The notes below the pieces were generated by a model that saw only the letters and a program-made list of their open reading frames with translations, was not told the origin of the DNA and did no database searches. DNA of 55,117 nt, filler included, from Jimgerdemannia flammicorona (Eukaryota): NCBI GenBank assembly GCA_003990765.1. It is 2 parts of 2 records of this genome, joined end to end, with 100 filler letters (N's around TTAATTAATTAA, not from the genome) between each part and the next. Parts side by side here need not be neighbours in the genome. Positions count along the whole stretch, not along the records: positions 27,619 to 55,117 come from RBNJ01000625.1; 1 more part is not named here. One strand, written 5' to 3'. Below, in pieces: positions 48,555-55,117 of the stretch. Numbering within the stretch: position 1 is the stretch's first letter; every line of letters begins with the position of its first letter. The translations under genes and the position numbers were made by a program.

Positions 48555-51500
48555 ATCTAGATCTTGGCCATCTTTAATAATCTCTAATTACCTATACTGA
48601 GAAGTCTAAGTAATACTTCAGATATTATAATTTAGATAGTCAATAGATATTTAATACTATCACTCTTCTTACTAGAGAAATATATTAACCACTCTACTCT
48701 AGGAGCATTTTTCTCTACTCTACCAGCTATTGCCCTCACTATTCTCTAGGCAGTAGAGAATTATATACTGAGAAGTAGATTTTCAGATAATGAACCATCT
48801 CTCCTACTGGGACAACTATTTCAATCACATCTCTATCCACTATCCTTCTATCTAACACTATAGTCTCACACTTGTACTAATTAAGCTTAGTATCTGAATA
48901 CTCTTTATACTATTCCACTGCTCTCTTCAGTACTGCCACATTCTCCACAAAGCTCAGTCTAACTACTATATCATCAGCAAAGGCCCCTATCTTCCAATTT
49001 ACCCCAAGAATGTTCAACCCCCCCACCTTATATCTAATCCTATTCAATGGAGGCTCTAAGGAGAGAGCATAAAGAATTGGTAATAGCAGATCCCCTTATA
49101 GCGCTTCTCTGCTCAGAGGGAATAAAACCCTCTTATGACTATTTACCAAAATAGCTACCTGACTTTCCCTTCAACAGACTGACTAAATACTACTGAAATT
49201 CTGAGAGAACTCCAATATACTTCAGTACTCTCTTCAGCCATACTTGCTGAACCCTATCATAAGCCTTCTTCTAGTCTAGAAATACTAGATATCTATCTAT
49301 TCCTGCAGTATGAGCTCCTTCAATAATACCATATATATATTCATACTATTCCATATCTTATTAGATAGCCAATAATAAATCTCCTCTACTCCTCCTCTAG
49401 CATCTGCTGAGCTACTCTCTGCAGCCTAGCTACTAATATCTTTATAACTATATCTAGAAGCATGATCAGCTGCCAGTTCTTTCACTTCTCTCTTCTCTTC
49501 TTATTTTTATACAATAGAGCTATAAGACCTAGATGCTGCCCTCCAATCTAAGCCCCAGAGCTAATAATTTCATTATATATCTATGTTATTTTTTCCAAAA
49601 CTAACTCAATATTTACTATTCTCTTTCAGAAATCCTAAGGAAATTCATCCTCTCTGAGGGTCATCCCAAGACTCATAATTGCCAATACCTAATAAATCTT
49701 CTCTCCTTAGACTAATACTCTGAATTTACCCAAGCCCTCTACTAGGTCTGGGTGCTAGTCCTTTAGATACTATTCAATATTCAATACATTCTCCTCACTT
49801 TCCTCCTCACTCTACAATTGTCTCTACTATATATTCAACTAGCTCAAAATCCCTAGAGTCCTCACTACCATCTTCTCTATTTCATCCAATACTTCTTTCT
49901 ACTACAGCCTCACCCTCCTTGTCCAAAGAAATTATGAGAGAAACTTCATAGACCTCTCTCTCTCTTCCAAGCTCTGCTATTATAACTATGCTGCCATACC
50001 CTTTATCTATAGATCCTTCTCCTATCTCAGTAGCCTCTTCAGTTTCTTTACCTTAAGCTGGATCTACTGAGTCCTCCAATTCCCTCTCTCTCCATTCTTC
50101 AGCAATTTAGCCCACATTATCAACAACTTCTCCAACCATCAGAAAGTTCACCATAAATGACTCCTCCTCTGAGCACTTCTTACCTTTCTTGCCTCCCCTC
50201 AGAACTATTGAGTATTCAATTTCAACCATCACTATCTATCTCCAATCTTCAGCCCACTTACTCTCTAACTAAAGATTCTAGAACTAATGTCTATCATCTA
50301 TATAATCTATAAGGAGAGCTCTCCCAATAATAAAGTATTTAAACATCAATATCTAGGCTCCTCTTCACTTTCTCTAAACCTTCCACAACTCAGTAAACCC
50401 CAATGATCTGATTATGGGAACCAAACTATCTTTAAAGATTCTCAGACATTCTTTCCCCAGTACTCAGCAGTCAAGATTCAGTCAATCCTCAAGCCCAGCC
50501 CAGCTATCCAGTGAGTATAGACCCTGCAATCTCTTCACTCAAGTCACTCTGCATCCACCAGAGAGCTCAGACTTTCAATCTCTTCCCAGTCTTCCATTCT
50601 CCTACTCCTACCAACCATCTCTCTCTCTCCATCTGTTCTGTCCAACTGCCTATTATAAACTATGTTAAAGTCTCTATCCAAACTGTCCATCTCAGCCTCT
50701 ACTATAATACCTGCATCTCACAGTCCTCTTATCTACTCCAAGTATATCTCTCTTTTTACTGAGCAATAACGGAACTCAATAGTTAAGAGACTCTAGCCTG
50801 GCCTTCTCTATATTCCCCATACCACTCTGCCTCCCTAGTGTCTAATATTCCTAATATCCCCCTTACTCTTCTGAACTAGAATATCTACTCTATCCCACTA
50901 TACAGCCATATCCCTCCATTCTCTTGTTCAGTTCAGCATATCCAAGTTCTCATCATACCCTATATTCTATAGTAGAAATAGATTAGTATTCAACTCTCTC
51001 AGTCAGTAGAATATATTTCAATATCTCACTATACTCTATAATCTACTAATATACAAAGAGAAGATTCTAGTTATACTATTCATATTGAATAATATTTGAA
51101 AATGAATCTTTTACTCTATAATTTCATACTTACTATATCATTAGCCACATTCAGATTTCTCTTTGCCTCAATCTTATCTGTCTCTCTCTACTGAGTATCT
51201 AGTGCTACCAGAATCTCCTGACAATTCTCACCATTCTGTACTTCCATGAAAGATCTGTACTCCTTGCATACTATCTGTTACTTTATTAACCCCTTCCTAG
51301 GACTCCATAGATAGATCATACAATTATTCACAATTTCCAGGAGTGCTGTCTCTTTATTATCATCCATCTCATACTCCTCTATCTTTAGTAGACCTACCAT
51401 CAACTCATCTTAGAGCTTTTGCACCACTTCTTCTCCTTACAAGATATTGCTCCAATATCTCTTACTAATAATACAAAAATTCACCTCTTCTAACTTATTA

Positions 51501-53105
51501 GCTGTAACATTTATCAGTACCTTCTACAACTATCTCTTATCTCCAATAGTCTCATCCACTCTCAGAGCTATCTTCTGTCTCTTGACTCTCTGATCTCTAT
51601 CAGTATTCATCCTCACCAATTTATCTCAGTTCTTCTTCAGTATATTCTATAGCTCATCAGTACTCTCCCCCCCTGTAGATACCCCATACTGAACTCAAGT
51701 CTCTTCTACCATCACCTCATCCTTAGTCACTATACTCTGCCCTATGTCTGTACTCTTCTCCAGAGTCACCTTCAGAGCCACTCTCTTCTCCTCTGCCCAG
51801 ATACTAGCTCTTGATCTAACTTCCTCAGTAGTATTCTCCCCCTTAGCCCTATCTCCCAAATTCACCAACAGATCTTTCTGATGCTGTCTCTCTTGAACCC
51901 TCTCTCAGATAGCCTGATTCAGTTATACTCTCTTATCATTCATAGTCTCTACTACCATCTTAGCTTTAAACTCCTTCTAAGCCAATCTTCTCTTCTCAAT
52001 AGTTCCTACCAGATACTCTAATACCTCTAGTAAGTCCTTCTCCTCCTCTAGCATCCCCTTTACTCTTAAGACCTTGCACTTCACTAGGTCTCACTTAAGT
52101 ACTACTGGCCAATCTCTTTCTTTTCCAGTATTCTTCTTGTCTATCAGCCTTACTCTAATATCTATATCTTCTATCCTGAACTCCATACCTTCTCAGACCT
52201 AAAAGCCAACATCTACTATATCTCTAAACTCCTTGATAGCATCAACAATTAGCTCTCTAGCCACCTCTTTTCTCACTATAGGCATATTCACCACTACTAG
52301 CTATACTACTCTATGATCTCAGTACAAGTATTGAGCTATAGAGATTACTACCTCCTCTCCTATCACTCTTTTCTCCAGTACTTCCAGTATTAACTCCTTC
52401 TCCTCAGAGCCTACCTCCACCCCTTCCAGCCTCTTCAGGAACTTCACTAAGGCTACTCTCTTTATCTCCTAGGCCAAAAGCCCCAGAACTATTTTTGTAA
52501 CTCTAGAAGCACAATGTGATAGTAAATTCAGACACTGACTTCTTGAGTAATAGTACTGCCACCAGACCTATTATACTATCAGCTAGATCTTCAGGCCTTA
52601 TACCCCCCCTCTGCTCAGCTCTACTATTAGCCATTATATCTGATTTTTTTTTTTAGATTAGTAGTCTCTCCTCTATCAGTAGTCTCTCTCTCCCCTCTAG
52701 CCACTACTCTCTCAGCTCTACCACTACTACTATCTAAGACTACTCTGCTAGGCCCAGCAGTTTCCCCCTTCTCCTTATCTCCCTATAGCTAGCCCTTTAA
52801 GCTTGTTGATAGATGCTCAGTCTTGATCTTATCAGTAAAGCTTATCTTCTCTATCTCTTGTCTATTAGCACCACTACTTCCCCCTCTATATCTACCCAAA
52901 AGAGAGCCCAATAGACTCCCCCCCAGATCATAACTCTACCTAATATACTGCTAGTCAAATGTACTAAGGCTATTCTGCTCAGTATATATCTCAGATTGAT
53001 CATTGGTCTCTATATTACTATTATTTTTTCTCTAAAAGTTGTATTGAAAGTATTATCAGAAGTTTATATAATCCAAATAATACTGGTAAAAGAATGTTCT
53101 ATAAG
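48555..53105 (-). mobile_element. Heavily mutated L1-clade LINE (same group as 41404-47254), 3'-truncated
   Basis: Reverse complement shows GAFADD (~48975-48990), GDLLLPILYALSLEP, FLD*KKAYDRV, ORF1 VKFLKRLEGVEVG, and a 5' UTR similar to 41404-41470. Confidence 0.82.
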
Positions 53106-53996
53106 AGGCTATTGTTATTGGCTTATATTATTACTCAGTAGTGGGGATGATTATATTGAGTAGTTAGATAGACTTTTTGATGGTAGTATACTGACTGAGA
53201 TAGAGATTAATGTACTTAAGAGAGACTTCAATATGGTCAAAGATGTGATGCTAGACAGAACTGATCAGAAGAGGAGTGCTGGGAGTTAAAATAATATAAA
53301 GAGGCTTAACTCCTTAGTAGATACTGATAGAGCAATATAGGGTAACTATAGTATCTATCTATAGAACAAATGGACTTAGAATAAGGATTATTAGAATAGA
53401 AACTCAATATATAGATATATGACTTTATACTATATATCATTCTATCAGTTTTATATTATTCATTAGTAATGTATAAAATACATAACTTAGATATTTTGAA
53501 TAAATTGCTTCTTCTGTTCATCATAATAAGTTATGAGCCCCACTAGTGACTGAGTAGCTATATAGCCCAGTTAGTGGATACTAATTAGTAGTTAGAATCT
53601 TCTCTAGTATATATATATATTATACTGAAAAGTACACAAACATATCAAGTATAAATACCCAAAGACAAATATGGTCATTATCAACCCAGATGGTGAAGAA
53701 GTCTACTAGATAGTAATAATAGTAAAGTTCACTAGAGGCAATACTAAAGTCCTCCCAAATGACAGATAAAGTCCTCTCTGGTATCAAGGCAATTACAAAG
53801 TCCTCTCTGGTGACAGAAGGTGATTATGATAAAGGCACCTATCTAGATATTAGAGGCACAAAGTTCTTTCAGATTATAGAGATAAATATAGCTAAAAAGG
53901 TCAAATATCTGAGACAATTACAAAGCCCTCCCAAGTGGTTGAGACAATTATAAACAAGGTAAGAAATATGTACTATCAAAAGGTCTAAAGTACAGA

Positions 53997-55117
53997 TAGT
54001 GCTCCGAATGAGTCAATTCGAATCAAATCCGGATTTGATTCGTCACATGACGGTTTGATTTGAATCTCAAATCTGAAGCCATCTGGATCCACTCGGATTT
54101 AATCCGAATCGCCCCATCTGAATCGCCCCATCCGAATCACCCATCCGAACCACCCCAATCCGAATCACTCAATCCGAATCACTCAATCCGAATCGCCCCA
54201 TCCGAATCACCCCATCCGAATCACCCATCCGAATCACCCATCCGAATCACCCATCCGAACCACTCCAATCCGAACCACTCAATCCGAACCACTCAATCCG
54301 AATCACTCAATCCGAATCACTCAATCCGAATCACTCAATTCGAATCCTCCAATTCGAATCCACCAATTCGAATCCTCCAATTCGAATCCTTCAATCTGAA
54401 TCCTCATTCGAATTCTTCAACCGAATCCTCCAATCCAAATCCTCCACATGACTCATTTGCCGGACGCGTCCACAACACAACACACACACACGCATACACA
54501 CACACGCATACACATGCACACGCAAACACGCAAACACACATGTCGACAGATCAGTCTTCAACAGTTCACAGTACCGATGATACTTCAAGTCAAACATCCC
54601 TGATAGTTCCACACCTTCCACGCAATCCTCGCTCCGAAATCTGGCAACATTGTACTAAGATAGGAGATAATGTTGTTTGTAATTATTGCAGGTAAAAAAT
54701 TAAGACGCACCTATTGACACTTTGTCTGACACACACATGATATTGTTTGATACACCCATGATATTGTTTCATCCACCCCCATGAACTGCACCAGCCAGAA
54801 GTTCAAAATGCTTGGGGGTACGACTTCGAACATGAATCGACACATAAAAGACAAGCACTCTGACAAAATCAAAAAGAACATGGAGACAAATAAAATCGAC
54901 ATCCAAGCTGTGGTGGGTACGTTTATCCGATTGCCTGACCATTTCTGTACCAACAACGCCATTTAATCAAAAATTTTAGCCATACTCTTCGGCAGAATTT
55001 CGAAATCGGCTCGTTCGCTGGATTGTGTGCACAGATCAGCCATTCACAACCATCGAGAGTGATCAATTGCACAGCATCTTTGGCCTCCTCAAGCATGATT
55101 TATATTTGCCAAGTGCC
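53997..55117 (+). mobile_element. hAT copy D, left end; least mutated copy; continues beyond window
   Basis: TIR TAGTGCTCCGAATGAGTC at 53997; CpG-rich subterminal repeats. Confidence 0.92.
54540..55117 (+). CDS. hAT transposase N-terminus (spliced BED finger), copy D
   Basis: MSTDQSST...PRSEIWQHCTKIGDNVVCNYC / intron / QKFKMLGGTTSNMNRHIKDKH / intron / EFRNRLVRWIVCTDQPFTTIES; no stops in the inferred exons. Confidence 0.75.

Noticed and set aside
27619..53105. Idea that 27619-28226 and 48555-53105 are two halves of one LINE split by Gypsy 3
   Set aside because: Orientation fits, but the 3' piece is largely pyrimidine-rich on its sense strand and does not visibly align to the matching part of the related full-length LINE. 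Unresolved without an alignment.
53106..53996. AT-rich segment with short ORF 53759-53953 and ggcaattacaaagtcctc repeats
   Set aside because: No recognisable motif; probably another decayed repeat that I cannot classify.
54060..54539. Long Ser/Pro/Asn/His-rich ORF (also 25615-26058)
   Set aside because: Read-through of hAT subterminal repeats; the likely start is ATG 54540.

Overview
Eukaryotic, almost certainly fungal, repeat-dense DNA with no recognisable host housekeeping gene. It has short GT-AG introns with CTRAC branch sites and heavy C>T/G>A decay of repeats. The window is a nest of transposons: (1) an intact-looking PIF/Harbinger DDE transposase running off the left edge, with ankyrin fragments nearby; (2) an endonuclease-less Penelope-like retroelement with direct pseudo-LTRs and a head-to-head inverted partial copy; (3) three decayed Ty3/Gypsy elements, each with a dUTPase, in two different positions; (4) several L1-clade LINEs, one full length with a 16-bp TSD and poly(A); (5) four copies of one ~6.3-kb hAT family, one complete with 15-bp TIRs and an 8-bp TSD. 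Main finding: the hAT family carries, convergent with its transposase, a spliced second gene. The two copies reconstruct to a TET/JBP-like Fe(II)/2OG dioxygenase (N-x5-HxD...LF-x-PH-x-HHGT) that lacks the usual 2OG-binding Arg. A 100-nt artificial gap linker lies at 27519-27618. All calls come from manual translation and copy-to-copy comparison; no database search was run, and some boundaries are approximate.
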